Virus record (IMG/VR): IMGVR_UViG_3300033150_000500
Span: 1 to 55,447 of that record
Direction: 5' to 3' (one strand)
DNA: 55,447 nucleotides
Source: a virus
Taxonomy: Duplodnaviria; Caudoviricetes
Under the pieces are notes generated by a model, which saw only the letters and a program-made list of their open reading frames with translations, ran no database searches and was not told where the DNA came from. Position numbers and translations under genes: made by a program. Below, piece after piece: positions 45,378-54,761 of the stretch (position 1 is the stretch's first letter; every line of letters begins with the position of its first letter).

Positions 45378-45644
45378 TTAAATTGTTCTATCGCCTTCAA
45401 AAACATCAATCCATAAATGTGAAACTCCGTGCTTATGATTAAAATCGGTTTTACCGCCTATCAAAGAACGGTCATAGTATTCTAATTTCCACATTGGCGC
45501 TTTCTTCCCCACACGTTTATTATGAATATCATAAATAAGAGAATGTGCGTAGCGCTCAACCGCCAACTGGTCTGTTGACGCCCATAGGTTTTTCTGAAAC
45601 CTAAAATGATCATACGTTACTTCTGCTAATACATATATTTTCAT
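45378..45644 (-). CDS. Hypothetical protein
   Basis: ORF in operon context. Confidence 0.6.
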   Translation of the reverse strand: MKIYVLAEVTYDHFRFQKNLWASTDQLAVERYAHSLIYDIHNKRVGKKAPMWKLEYYDRSLIGGKTDFNHKHGVSHLWIDVFEGDRTI

Positions 45645-45892
45645 AATTACAAATTCATGTCTTAATTCTTATGTGGTAAGAAACCAAATCTGATTTTAAA
45701 CCAGATACTATCATTTTAATTATTCCTTTCTATTATTTAAACCTTTTTGAAATATCTCCCTAAATGCCTTTTCGGATTTATTAAGACATCGAAGTGCCAT
45801 TACAGATAGAACAATTATTATCAGTAATGGTATGGTTGTTACTATTGATACTATTATTTTTTGTTCCATGATATTAAAATTTTAAGTTTCTG

Positions 45893-45923
45893 CAAACATA
45901 CAACAATAAAATCTACAAAGCAA
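45893..45923 (-). promoter_or_regulatory. Bacteroidota-type promoter
   Basis: TTGC (45920-45923) and TATGTTTG (45893-45900). Confidence 0.65.
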
Positions 45924-46280
45924 GAAAAAACGCAACTATTTTCTGCATACGTGGACAAAACGCGGTGGAAATTCCACATCTTAAAGCGCTTTAGTATCAC
46001 TAATGCTCCCAAATCAGGCAAAAAAAATCACGGAAAGCAGCAAAAAAAATTAACAGGGTGGAAAAATGTGGGGGGGATACCCAAACCACTCTCACCGCTT
46101 CTCTGCTGGGGGTGTACCCCTATTAATCATAATGATAATTATAGGACATCGGTTTTGCTGAGTATCAACGCTTTATATATTGAGTATATTACATACGTAC
46201 GAATTATGACAGCATGGCAGATGTTGAATCATGGTATCTGTGAGCCGGTTTATCTTGGAAGTTTATATCTATAATTTAAA

Positions 46281-46331
46281 TACCACCTCCATATAGTAAT
46301 TAACTAATATACTACCTCAGTGTAGTAATTA
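46281..46331. repeat. Imperfect 22-bp direct repeat in the large non-coding region
   Basis: TACCACCTCCATATAGTAATTA (46281-46302) and TACTACCTCAGTGTAGTAATTA (46310-46331). Confidence 0.6.
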
Positions 46332-46519
46332 CATTTGTAGCTGTGTAGCTAAGGAAATAGAGTACAATGTAGTTTGTAGCTGTTCTTAGCCTGCTGGAGA
46401 GCTTTAAATATCTTTTTGGTATGGTAGGATAGAAAGAAAGTAGGGTATCTTAGAAGGCTTAATAAGTGCATTGGGAAGGAATTGGTGATACTAAAGCGCT
46501 AAATCACTATTAAACTAAT

Positions 46520-46549
46520 AAAAAAGCCTGATAAGTTAATACCAAGCTT
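46520..46549 (-). terminator. Intrinsic terminator ending the early operon
   Basis: AAGCTTGGTA-loop-TATCAGGCTT-TTTT. Confidence 0.7.
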
Positions 46550-46581
46550 GAGTTATTTAAATGTGTGAAGTGTTATAGAAA

Positions 46582-46884
46582 TTAAAGTATTGTAAAACTG
46601 TTTTTATCTTTAACCTCCACTATTATCGTATTGCCTCTATACAAACTCCTCCTTTTATCGTAAGACTTGGATATATAACATCCCATATCAATATTCGGCC
46701 TCTCTACGCCGACAAGGTGCTGGTGTGTTATAACATCCAATCCCTTTGTATGTGGGCTTTCGCTTGTGTCTGTTACCATTAAAGCGTAAAACTCATTCCG
46801 CTTTAGCTTTCTTGGATTATTCACTATCTCAATAAATCTTAATCCGCTTTCTTCGCAAACTTTTTCATGTGTCGTTGTTTTCAT
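46582..46884 (-). CDS. Early hypothetical protein
   Basis: ORF with AAACCT-type leader. Confidence 0.65.
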   Translation of the reverse strand: MKTTTHEKVCEESGLRFIEIVNNPRKLKRNEFYALMVTDTSESPHTKGLDVITHQHLVGVERPNIDMGCYISKSYDKRRSLYRGNTIIVEVKDKNSFTIL

Positions 46885-46915
46885 AATTCTATATTTAGAG
46901 GTTTATAGTTTTAAA

Positions 46916-47221
46916 TTACATTATCTTTGAAGTACATCCCTGATAGGTGTAATTAGTATGCAGTCTTTCATCTTCGTACACCTCAAATATGGCTACATTA
47001 TTGGTATCTTCAATAAAGTGCTTATATTCCCACGCCTGCTCAAATGTAATATTATCAAGTGTATTACTTTCCCATCCAAAATCAAGTGCATCCTGCCAAC
47101 AATCACTTATTGTGGCATCAAACATAGATTTGAACTCATCTTTGATAATGTCGAGGTCAAAACTCACAAACACCTGTTTGGCTATTTGTTGACCGTTTTT
47201 ATAAATTCCTATTTTGTACAT
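46916..47221 (-). CDS. Early hypothetical acidic protein
   Basis: ORF in operon context. Confidence 0.65.
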   Translation of the reverse strand: MYKIGIYKNGQQIAKQVFVSFDLDIIKDEFKSMFDATISDCWQDALDFGWESNTLDNITFEQAWEYKHFIEDTNNVAIFEVYEDERLHTNYTYQGCTSKIM

Positions 47222-47236
47222 GGTTTATATCTCCTA

Positions 47237-47683
47237 TTAATTAAATTGGTTAATTTCAGTAACTCCTTTATAATAACGCTCATGCTTGATAATTAAAGTA
47301 TCTAAATTAATAGTATAGAGCCATTCAATATCTCCGTGTATGCATGTGGTAGGCTCATAGGCTCCGACCTTCCATTTTTCCAGCGGCTCACATGGCATCA
47401 TACCTCTTCCGAATTTCTTATCGCAAAGGGCATCCCGTTTATCATAGTCTACCTTTCTCCTTTCCTCGTACTTAATCTGGTTGTCCCGATATTCAGCGGC
47501 TCCAATAATGATAAGCCAGCCCGCGGCCTGAGAAATGTTGTTTCTTATTTTGCCTTCCTTTATCCATTTGATAAACTTTTTCAATGTCGGCAGGGTTCCT
47601 TCAGGGTAGCCGTCTGAGTGTCTGTAAAAATACAGTTTGTCTCCGGTGTTGTCTGTTAAGATGATGTTTGCTCTTGTACTCAT
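47237..47683 (-). CDS. Conserved-looking early phage protein
   Basis: MSTRANI...YRHSDGYPEG...HGDIEWLYTI motif set. Confidence 0.7.
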   Translation of the reverse strand: MSTRANIILTDNTGDKLYFYRHSDGYPEGTLPTLKKFIKWIKEGKIRNNISQAAGWLIIIGAAEYRDNQIKYEERRKVDYDKRDALCDKKFGRGMMPCEPLEKWKVGAYEPTTCIHGDIEWLYTINLDTLIIKHERYYKGVTEINQFN

Positions 47684-47718
47684 GGTTTCTTAGGTTTTAG
47701 TTAAAATTTAATTTTGGT

Positions 47719-47988
47719 TTATGCCTCTACAATTACAGCTTCACTTTGATCGTAAGACAGTGAACAGCCTCTGGTGTATAATATACCATACTTCGCATAA
47801 TCTGGCTCTTCTGCCCTTAATGATTGATAAGCATCTGATAGTGTTTTTACAGCTTCCTTTTTTGTGTTGAAGATGATTTTAAATCCGTTAAACCTGGCTT
47901 TCTCTTCTTTTGAATTTATAGTTCGGATTTTATTGCGCAGGATGTAATTTCCTGAGATTCCTCCGGTAATTATAATTATTGTTCTCAT
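47719..47988 (-). CDS. Early hypothetical protein
   Basis: ORF in operon context. Confidence 0.65.
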   Translation of the reverse strand: MRTIIIITGGISGNYILRNKIRTINSKEEKARFNGFKIIFNTKKEAVKTLSDAYQSLRAEEPDYAKYGILYTRGCSLSYDQSEAVIVEA

Positions 47989-47992
47989 GGCT

Positions 47993-48298
47993 CTAAAATT
48001 TAATTTTTGTTTTAATTTTTGTATCCCTGTATATTTTTAGCTCGTAAGGGTTCACATATCCGTCTTGGGTTAATACCCTGTGATCCATTAATTCGATTAA
48101 CCAGGGATATGAAAAGCGTCCCCACTTGCCTTTTTGTATGATATAGCAGAACAAGATCAGCACTTCATCTGATTTGAGTGTTCCTGTTTCATATTCTATC
48201 ACATAATCTTTGAATTGCTCAGTGTCTAAATGAATAGTAATTTCCTTTTCTTCCTCTTCGATTATTTCCGGGGTTATTTCCTTTTTCCAGTTAAACAT
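47993..48298 (-). CDS. Early hypothetical protein
   Basis: ORF in operon context. Confidence 0.6.
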   Translation of the reverse strand: MFNWKKEITPEIIEEEEKEITIHLDTEQFKDYVIEYETGTLKSDEVLILFCYIIQKGKWGRFSYPWLIELMDHRVLTQDGYVNPYELKIYRDTKIKTKIKF

Positions 48299-48751
48299 TC
48301 CATACCTCCCGCTTTAAACAGTTTTCTTGTTTGCTTGTACGATATATAATGTTGTTTTGTCTGCAATACCTTGAAAGTGCAACCCTGTAATCAACATTGT
48401 GTTGTTTCATTCTTTTTTCGTAAGTTTCTGTTTTCATAATAATTAGTTTTTAGCGGAGGTTTTATTCCTCCCATAATATTAAATCTCCATCGCTATCTAA
48501 GCTAATATCTTCCCACTTTCCCATATTTGTATATTTCCTTCTAATATTATCAGTATCCTTTTTATCAAAATACTCTAATATTTTTTGATTATCTGCATCG
48601 ATTACTTTTTTCATGGCTTCTGGTTTTTATTCTGCTCACTCCCTCATAAATTAAGGCAGTGGCAAAGGTTAATATTAAAGTTATAATAACTGCATTGTTG
48701 ATCGTGAATGTTAATAGTGTTTCGTTCATGGTTTTAGGTTTTAATTATTAA

Positions 48752-49366
48752 TTAGTAACTTTCAATTTCACCAGTTTCTAAAAATGTTATTCCCCTACTT
48801 AATATTTCATCTTCTGCAAATTCGTCTGAATCCTGGTATTCCATATCTCCGACAATCCCAGCCTTCCACGCCTCTAAACAGTCTTCAATTAATTCTTTCA
48901 ATGTAATATTATAAGGGTTTTTAATAAATTCCCTCATTGGGTGTATTATATCATCATCACCGCAATAACCAGTAAAAGGGCAACAAGTTTCTATATATTG
49001 TATTTTTGAATATCTATCATATTTCCATTTGCTATTTTCGCGTTTTTCATATTTCCCGTATGGTTTTCTTTCATACAATATATGATAAAAGTTATTTAAA
49101 ATAAACGTTCTCAGTCTTATTTCTGTTAGCTCTTCCTGTTCCTGAGTAAAGTTATTTTCTTTCATTGTACAATACGAATAACTATATGGAGAAACCGCGT
49201 AATCATGTTTTATTCCAAATTCCCTTGCAAATTCTTTTAGTGAAGCACTCCATTCATCCATCCAAAAATACTCATCGTTCCCGTCTTTATAATTAGATAT
49301 TGCGTATTCCTTTGCTTGATCAGATAACTCATCAAATTCGTAAACATTGATAGTTTTTGTTTCCAT
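48752..49366 (-). CDS. Acidic early protein
   Basis: VYEFDELSDQAKE.AI...CPFTGYC.D...EY..SDE...F.E.G; first gene after the promoter. Confidence 0.7.
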   Translation of the reverse strand: METKTINVYEFDELSDQAKEYAISNYKDGNDEYFWMDEWSASLKEFAREFGIKHDYAVSPYSYSYCTMKENNFTQEQEELTEIRLRTFILNNFYHILYERKPYGKYEKRENSKWKYDRYSKIQYIETCCPFTGYCGDDDIIHPMREFIKNPYNITLKELIEDCLEAWKAGIVGDMEYQDSDEFAEDEILSRGITFLETGEIESY

Positions 49367-49390
49367 GTGGCTTAGGTTTTAAAGTTTATG

Positions 49391-49398
49391 CAAATGTA
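49391..49398 (-). promoter_or_regulatory. Bacteroidota-type -7 element
   Basis: TACATTTG. Confidence 0.55.
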
Positions 49399-49697
49399 CA
49401 TTCAAAACCCCGCCAATCAAAACCCTGTAAATCAATTACTTATATTTCAAAGAACGATATAACAAATTAAACCACAGTGAGTTACATTCCTTATTTAGAA
49501 TGATTAACTCAAATGCAGTTTATATCCCGTCTAAATAGATTTCAGTATTGCGTTACCTGAATACCAAAACTTAATTTTTTTTATTGGAAGAAGCTGAATA
49601 CCAGCCCTTTAAAAAGCAAATCTCTGTCCACTGGGGCTTTTTCGTTTTTTTACTATCCACATAAATATCCCATTTTTCTAAAATTATCTAAACTATT

Positions 49698-49728
49698 GCA
49701 AGATACAAATTTTTTGTGGGAAATGCAA
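49698..49728 (-). promoter_or_regulatory. Bacteroidota-type promoter heading a ~330-nt non-coding leader
   Basis: TTGC (49725-49728) and TATCTTGC (49698-49705). Confidence 0.6.
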
Positions 49729-50027
49729 GTTTTTTAACGACTATTTAGTGGGAAATTTTGTACCAGTTAGCACCTTTAGGGATAAAGTAAATTCCAAATA
49801 TAATTAGTTAAAATAAATGCCGCATATCCGCCCATTAATATCCCGGCAGGTATCGTAAATACATCCAAAAGTACATCTAATATTTCAGATATTATCTTCA
49901 TTTTCTTTTGCATTACGATAGTTTCTCACTATCCATATAATTAAAAATGTGTAACTGATAAAAGCGATTACGGCTGCTATGATTAGGTATGTCATTTTGT
50001 TTCTCCTTTCGTTATTAAATTTATATA

Positions 50028-50222
50028 TTATTCGTTAAAAGTTCTTATTATTTCATCGCAATTCTCGCAAAAATGAACAATTATATGTTTCTCTATGGTA
50101 CTAATATTTGTTCTTGGCTTTTCCTCTTTTCCGTTTTCATATGATTCCGCATCAGCTTCTAAATAAGCATAACCAGACATTAATAAAGTTTGTGTTCCAC
50201 ATTTATCACAGTAATGTGCCAT
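50028..50222 (-). CDS. Small zinc-finger protein
   Basis: CDKCG...CENC. Confidence 0.65.
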   Translation of the reverse strand: MAHYCDKCGTQTLLMSGYAYLEADAESYENGKEEKPRTNISTIEKHIIVHFCENCDEIIRTFNE

Positions 50223-50232
50223 TTTAATAATT

Positions 50233-50538
50233 TTATAGTTTTTTCTCTAAATCTCTTAATGCTTGTTCTAATTCATTCACAGCTAAAAGCCACTGTAAGT
50301 TCGTTGGCTGCCCGCTTGCTATTCCCTCCTGTTCGCAGGCATGGAGGCGTAAGAGGCGTTTGGCTGCTTCAATTAGTTTTGTATTATCTGATGGGTGGGA
50401 TTCTAATTCTATAATAATCTGTAAGGCATTTTCCTTGACTTTTTCAATATCATTCAATGTAAATGCTAATGAATCGTTAGCAGTTCCGCTTATTAAGCCA
50501 ATTATTGATTTTGCTAATACAAGTATTTTGTTTTTCAT
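50233..50538 (-). CDS. Hypothetical protein
   Basis: ORF in operon context. Confidence 0.6.
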   Translation of the reverse strand: MKNKILVLAKSIIGLISGTANDSLAFTLNDIEKVKENALQIIIELESHPSDNTKLIEAAKRLLRLHACEQEGIASGQPTNLQWLLAVNELEQALRDLEKKL

Positions 50539-50697
50539 TCCTTGTCCTTTCCTTTCTGCTCCGGGTGAGATAGCTTGTTTAAAATAAACTCTATTTCACT
50601 TGGTTTTATAAAAATAGGAATACCCATTTTCTCGTCCAATTCATCTTCACTCATTTCATGGTGATATTGTAATTGTCGTTTAAGGCTTTTTACTAAT

Positions 50698-51327
50698 TTA
50701 TCTTTCATCACTATCTCCTTTCGTTAATTCGGTAGATTTCTTGAAATTCTCAAAAGCTAAACCAATACCACTAAATAAATCACTTGTGCAATGTTCTTTA
50801 CACCAATATAAAAACTCGCTTATTTCATCTTTTATTACCCTCTCATGTGTTTGGGGTGGGGTGCGGGATAAATGTTTAATTCTATGATTATTAGTTTCAA
50901 AATAAGTATCTACAAACTCACCGCTTTCACGCTTATCATGCCCTAATAAAGTATGGGATTCATGTTCGTAATGTCGTATGCTGTCAAGGAAGTGAATTAA
51001 TAGTTTTCTAATTTTTTCCTCCGTTATGGCTTTGAGGGGCTGTTCTGTCTGTGGTGGATTAAAAATGTGTTCAGAACAATACCATCCATCATCACAATGA
51101 TAAAGACCGCCTGCCTCTTTAAGATTTTTACCACACACCTTACACTCATCACCCAACGGCTGTGTGAGGGAGTCGGTGATAGCATCGCAATTATTCTGTG
51201 CATCTTTTACTGCCTCATAACTTTCATCTGTAAACTGCTCACCACTTTTTATCATTGATGTTAATAATGATAAAGTTTTTAATATTTGATTTATCTTTGT
51301 TTTCATATTGTTATTTTTTAGTTCCAT
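50698..51327 (-). CDS. Multi-module hypothetical protein with a Zn finger
   Basis: CKVCG...YCSEH; start may be the second ATG. Confidence 0.6.
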   Translation of the reverse strand: MELKNNNMKTKINQILKTLSLLTSMIKSGEQFTDESYEAVKDAQNNCDAITDSLTQPLGDECKVCGKNLKEAGGLYHCDDGWYCSEHIFNPPQTEQPLKAITEEKIRKLLIHFLDSIRHYEHESHTLLGHDKRESGEFVDTYFETNNHRIKHLSRTPPQTHERVIKDEISEFLYWCKEHCTSDLFSGIGLAFENFKKSTELTKGDSDER

Positions 51328-51872
51328 TTAATCGGACAAATAAAATCATGGTCTATTGGGTTTCTTAAACAGGGATACAGCCTATACCCAACATCCACCT
51401 TTTTACCCGCTCTACAGCTATAGGTTTTGCCGTCAAGGGTAAGATGCCAGAATCCCATTGAGTGCCTTATATCGCATAAATACGTCCCATTTTTTAAGGT
51501 ATCAATTATGAATCTGATCGGATCAGAATCGCAATAAACATACATTCCAAATATTTTCAAGCCATCCTTGCACAAATAACCTAATCTGCATGAGTTTTTA
51601 TGGTGGTGTCCTTCGCTAATTCCGGGCAGCTTACTCCAATTTCCAGTAAAATCCATTATGTAAGTATCGTTTACTTTAAAGAAATAATTGATAGAATGAT
51701 CATTGATAAATACATAAGGCATCCTGTTTGGGTGGATATTCCCGGATTTAATCGTGTAAAGAGTAAAACCTTCGCTGTCTTTTTTGCAAGAAAGCAGAAG
51801 TAATAAAAATCCTATCCATACAATCGCAAGGACGGTAAACCACTTGACTGTGTATTTTTGTTCGGTGTTCAT
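51318..51872 (-). CDS. Lipoprotein/membrane-anchored beta-sandwich protein
   Basis: LLLLLS-CKK lipobox-like; WSKLPG...HH.NSCRLG...YVY. Confidence 0.6.
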   Translation of the reverse strand: MNTEQKYTVKWFTVLAIVWIGFLLLLLSCKKDSEGFTLYTIKSGNIHPNRMPYVFINDHSINYFFKVNDTYIMDFTGNWSKLPGISEGHHHKNSCRLGYLCKDGLKIFGMYVYCDSDPIRFIIDTLKNGTYLCDIRHSMGFWHLTLDGKTYSCRAGKKVDVGYRLYPCLRNPIDHDFICPIKWN

Positions 51873-52055
51873 TTAGTTTTGATTAATTTTTTCCTGTTTC
51901 ATAATATATAATCTACAAGTTATATCATCCCCTCGATATACAGTTTTACCATCTCTATTAACTACAATAGTCGGCATAAAGCAATCAATACTCTGAATTA
52001 TTCGCAATCCAGTTACTGTTTCCTGCCTTTTTATTTCCTTAAAAATCTTTCTCAT
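51873..52055 (-). CDS. Hypothetical protein
   Basis: TAATG overlap. Confidence 0.6.
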   Translation of the reverse strand: MRKIFKEIKRQETVTGLRIIQSIDCFMPTIVVNRDGKTVYRGDDITCRLYIMKQEKINQN

Positions 52056-52399
52056 TAGTGTCCAAATTTGTTTTTTAAGTAATATTTTGTCGTTCGTTCT
52101 CCAAACTTTTCAAAGTGAGGACGGGGATCTTCCATAAATTCAGCATGTACCATCTTTAAAAATTCAAGGTACTGCTTTTTGTCGCCAAATTCAAGATGAT
52201 GTTCCCTACATAATGCCATCAGATTTTTGATATCATCCTGTTTTATACTCCCGCCCATGCCACGCCTTCGGATATGATGAACGTCTTTTGCCGGGTTTCC
52301 GCAAATTTCACATGGCACGTTAAATGATTCATCAGGCGGGAAGTCGAAATGCTTGTAATATATGACAGTATGATTTTTCATGGTTTTAGCTTCAAGCAT
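52055..52399 (-). CDS. HNH endonuclease
   Basis: CEICG...DVHHI...NLMALCREHH. Confidence 0.85.
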   Translation of the reverse strand: MLEAKTMKNHTVIYYKHFDFPPDESFNVPCEICGNPAKDVHHIRRRGMGGSIKQDDIKNLMALCREHHLEFGDKKQYLEFLKMVHAEFMEDPRPHFEKFGERTTKYYLKNKFGH

Positions 52400-52596
52400 T
52401 GTTTATTTTGTTTTTATACCAACTTGCACCGTTTATCCAAACTTCTTGTATAGCAAAATTCTTACTTATTTTCTTTGCACCCTTCCTTATTTCATCATCA
52501 CTCAATGAGTGCAAGTTTCATAATCAGCACTTGTGGCATCTGGGTTGTTTTCAACAAATTTCTTAAATGCCTCTTTTCGTATTTTTAAATCTTCCA

Positions 52597-52959
52597 TTAC
52601 ACCTCATGGTCTAAGTATCTGTTTACGCTTTGCAATCCATTCAATTCGGCTTGTATCGCACTCATTCCCACTATCGCAGCTTTATATTCTGATTCCGCAA
52701 TTTCTATTTCTAATTTTTCTGAATATACTAAACCTCTCGCAACCTTCTCGATCAGTGTAGCTGGAAGGTTGTCTATTTTTGTGCCATAAATATCATCAAT
52801 AGCATTTGCCTTTAGCTTTGCAATAGTGATGGCAAGTGCCTTTTCATAATTAGCTACCGCCTTAGCTTTTCGCTGCGCACGTTCTAAGATTAATTTACGC
52901 CCCTTTTCAAGCAGTTCGATCTTTTCGGTTATCCGTTGGCTTATTTCAACTATTTCCAT
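52597..52959 (-). CDS. Coiled-coil hypothetical protein
   Basis: Helical; PATLIEKVARG. Confidence 0.7.
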   Translation of the reverse strand: MEIVEISQRITEKIELLEKGRKLILERAQRKAKAVANYEKALAITIAKLKANAIDDIYGTKIDNLPATLIEKVARGLVYSEKLEIEIAESEYKAAIVGMSAIQAELNGLQSVNRYLDHEV

Positions 52960-53104
52960 AATTTTTTGAATTTCATTGCTTTATTTTCTATTTTTATATA
53001 AAACACAATCTTTACATCCCTTATTATGCCAATTTTCACATTCTTTAAAGGCTGCATCCGTTACAATACCGCATTTTTTTCTTGAACATTTTACAGTGTA
53101 TGTA

Positions 53105-53392
53105 TTATTTTTCATTTATTTCCTTTAGGTCGTTAAATTTTATCAATGCTATTTTATACAGAGTATTTCCCTCGATCAACTTCAGCCCGTGAAGCACAGT
53201 CACCCGGCAATGTCCGATTCTATCTGCGATTACTTGCTGGATGTATCCCTGCTCGGTGGCAAGGTGGTAGAATATTGCCCTCGCTGCGACGTTCTCCTGC
53301 TTCCTGCAATGCTTTTTCATATCCCGAAGGCTTATGCCTGAAGTGCGGGTTATGTCGCGCAGGATTGAGTTTAAGTCGGGGTTGTTAGTCAT
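53105..53392 (-). CDS. HTH protein resembling the DnaA C-terminal domain
   Basis: RK.ENVAARAIFYHLA...IA..IGH.RVTVLHG. Confidence 0.7.
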   Translation of the reverse strand: MTNNPDLNSILRDITRTSGISLRDMKKHCRKQENVAARAIFYHLATEQGYIQQVIADRIGHCRVTVLHGLKLIEGNTLYKIALIKFNDLKEINEK

Positions 53393-53401
53393 TTTTAAGT
53401 A

Positions 53402-53677
53402 TTAATAAGATACGTTTGCAAATGTTTTACCCGCTGAGGTCATAATGTAATGCTCAGCACCTTTATTCCATAATGGAATCTGTTTGCCTTTTTGGTCAAC
53501 AATAAAAGCATATATAGCTTTATATTCGCCATCTTCAATCTCACCAAATTGTTTTTTGTACACTCTTATTGATTCTTTAAACTCTTCATTGTGCGTTCCC
53601 CTCCTTATGAGGTGATAGGCTTCGCCAAGTGCAGTATTGTACTCACTTCTTTTGTTCAGTTCTCTTAAAATAAACAT
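53402..53677 (-). CDS. Hypothetical protein
   Basis: YIMTSAGKTFAN-type C-terminus. Confidence 0.65.
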   Translation of the reverse strand: MFILRELNKRSEYNTALGEAYHLIRRGTHNEEFKESIRVYKKQFGEIEDGEYKAIYAFIVDQKGKQIPLWNKGAEHYIMTSAGKTFANVSY

Positions 53678-53728
53678 ATCTGTATGTATTTATGTATTCA
53701 GCATGCTTTTACCCGATGCTGATTAAGG

Positions 53729-54079
53729 TTAGTTATGATGCTTCCGCCAAGTTCCATTAACCCGGCGAAGGGCGTTTTTATATTCTTTGTTTTTCCATAC
53801 TCTTATGTGAAATTCATCACCTTCAATAACGTGAGTAAATTGCGGATCCTCAAAAGTTGATTTATAATATTCAACAAATCCGTATAATTTCCGATCACGC
53901 ATTGCGTAAAGCGTTCTGATTCGGTGAATTTTGTCTATTTCCTTGTCTGAAATGTTCGGGAAGTGTGACTGGATTTCTTCGACCTTTTCAAAAAGCAGAT
54001 CAGGGTGACCTTTGCGCTTGTACTTTGAAAAAAGGATGGTGCGGTTGTCGATTAGTTTTACGTTATTTGGGTATATCAT
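53729..54079 (-). CDS. Hypothetical protein
   Basis: ATGA overlap. Confidence 0.6.
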   Translation of the reverse strand: MIYPNNVKLIDNRTILFSKYKRKGHPDLLFEKVEEIQSHFPNISDKEIDKIHRIRTLYAMRDRKLYGFVEYYKSTFEDPQFTHVIEGDEFHIRVWKNKEYKNALRRVNGTWRKHHN

Positions 54080-54423
54080 ATTGATATGCTTTTTTTGATA
54101 ATGCTTCTTAATGTTGTTTCTGAATAGTCAATACCGTCAAGATTTAGAATGACTTTTTCTTCTTTGCGTTCCCAAAGCAAATTACCTTTAACAAATAATG
54201 ATTCCGTAGTATAATATTTTTGTTCAAATACTGCATTTACGGTTTCGACATTATACCCTGGCGCTGATATTAAGCCTTCCTCCCAATAACGTAAATAATC
54301 ATACCCACGCTTGTCTTCATACAGTATAATACCTTCACCACAAAAATGATTTAACATAACGACAGCAAGTCTGCCATCGGTAAATTCAAAAAGCATTCCT
54401 GACTTTAAATTTGATTTTTTCAT
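54076..54423 (-). CDS. Hypothetical protein (start corrected to MKKSNLKSGM)
   Basis: The upstream in-frame start overlaps the promoter; LKSGM...LLWER motif. Confidence 0.7.
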   Translation of the reverse strand: MKKSNLKSGMLFEFTDGRLAVVMLNHFCGEGIILYEDKRGYDYLRYWEEGLISAPGYNVETVNAVFEQKYYTTESLFVKGNLLWERKEEKVILNLDGIDYSETTLRSIIKKSISI

Positions 54424-54445
54424 AATTTTAAGTTTTAATTTGACT

Positions 54446-54476
54446 GCAATATACAACCTTTATTTACATTTTGCAA
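54446..54476 (-). promoter_or_regulatory. Bacteroidota-type promoter
   Basis: TTGC (54473-54476) and TATATTGC (54446-54453); palindrome at 54499-54517. Confidence 0.7.
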
Positions 54477-54521
54477 GCTTTATTAACATTTAACCGCAGT
54501 TTATTTTCAGTCTAAATAGCA

Positions 54522-54722
54522 TTAACCCCCGTTCATCAGCACCCTGTCCCGGTATTTCTGCCAGTTTTTAGGCTTCATGAAGACAAATACAGCATTATCT
54601 TTGTTGTCATTCCAGCGCCTTATGAGGTTTTCCAACGTTAAAATAGTTTCATTTCGCTCAGGACTTTCGGGTAGGGTTTTGAGCCATTTGATGTTTTGTT
54701 TTATGGTGGGTTTTTCGGTCAT
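54522..54722 (-). CDS. Hypothetical protein
   Basis: ORF in operon context. Confidence 0.6.
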   Translation of the reverse strand: MTEKPTIKQNIKWLKTLPESPERNETILTLENLIRRWNDNKDNAVFVFMKPKNWQKYRDRVLMNGG

Positions 54723-54761
54723 TTCAATAATAATGTTGTTTAATTTTATAATATTTAACTA

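Noticed and set aside
45861-46274. 137-aa plus-strand ORF in the non-coding region
   Set aside because: Non-ATG start, runs through G/C tracts and a minus-strand promoter, no protein-like motif
46281-46390. Mini CRISPR-like array
   Set aside because: Only two degenerate 22-bp copies with a 7-bp spacer and no cas genes
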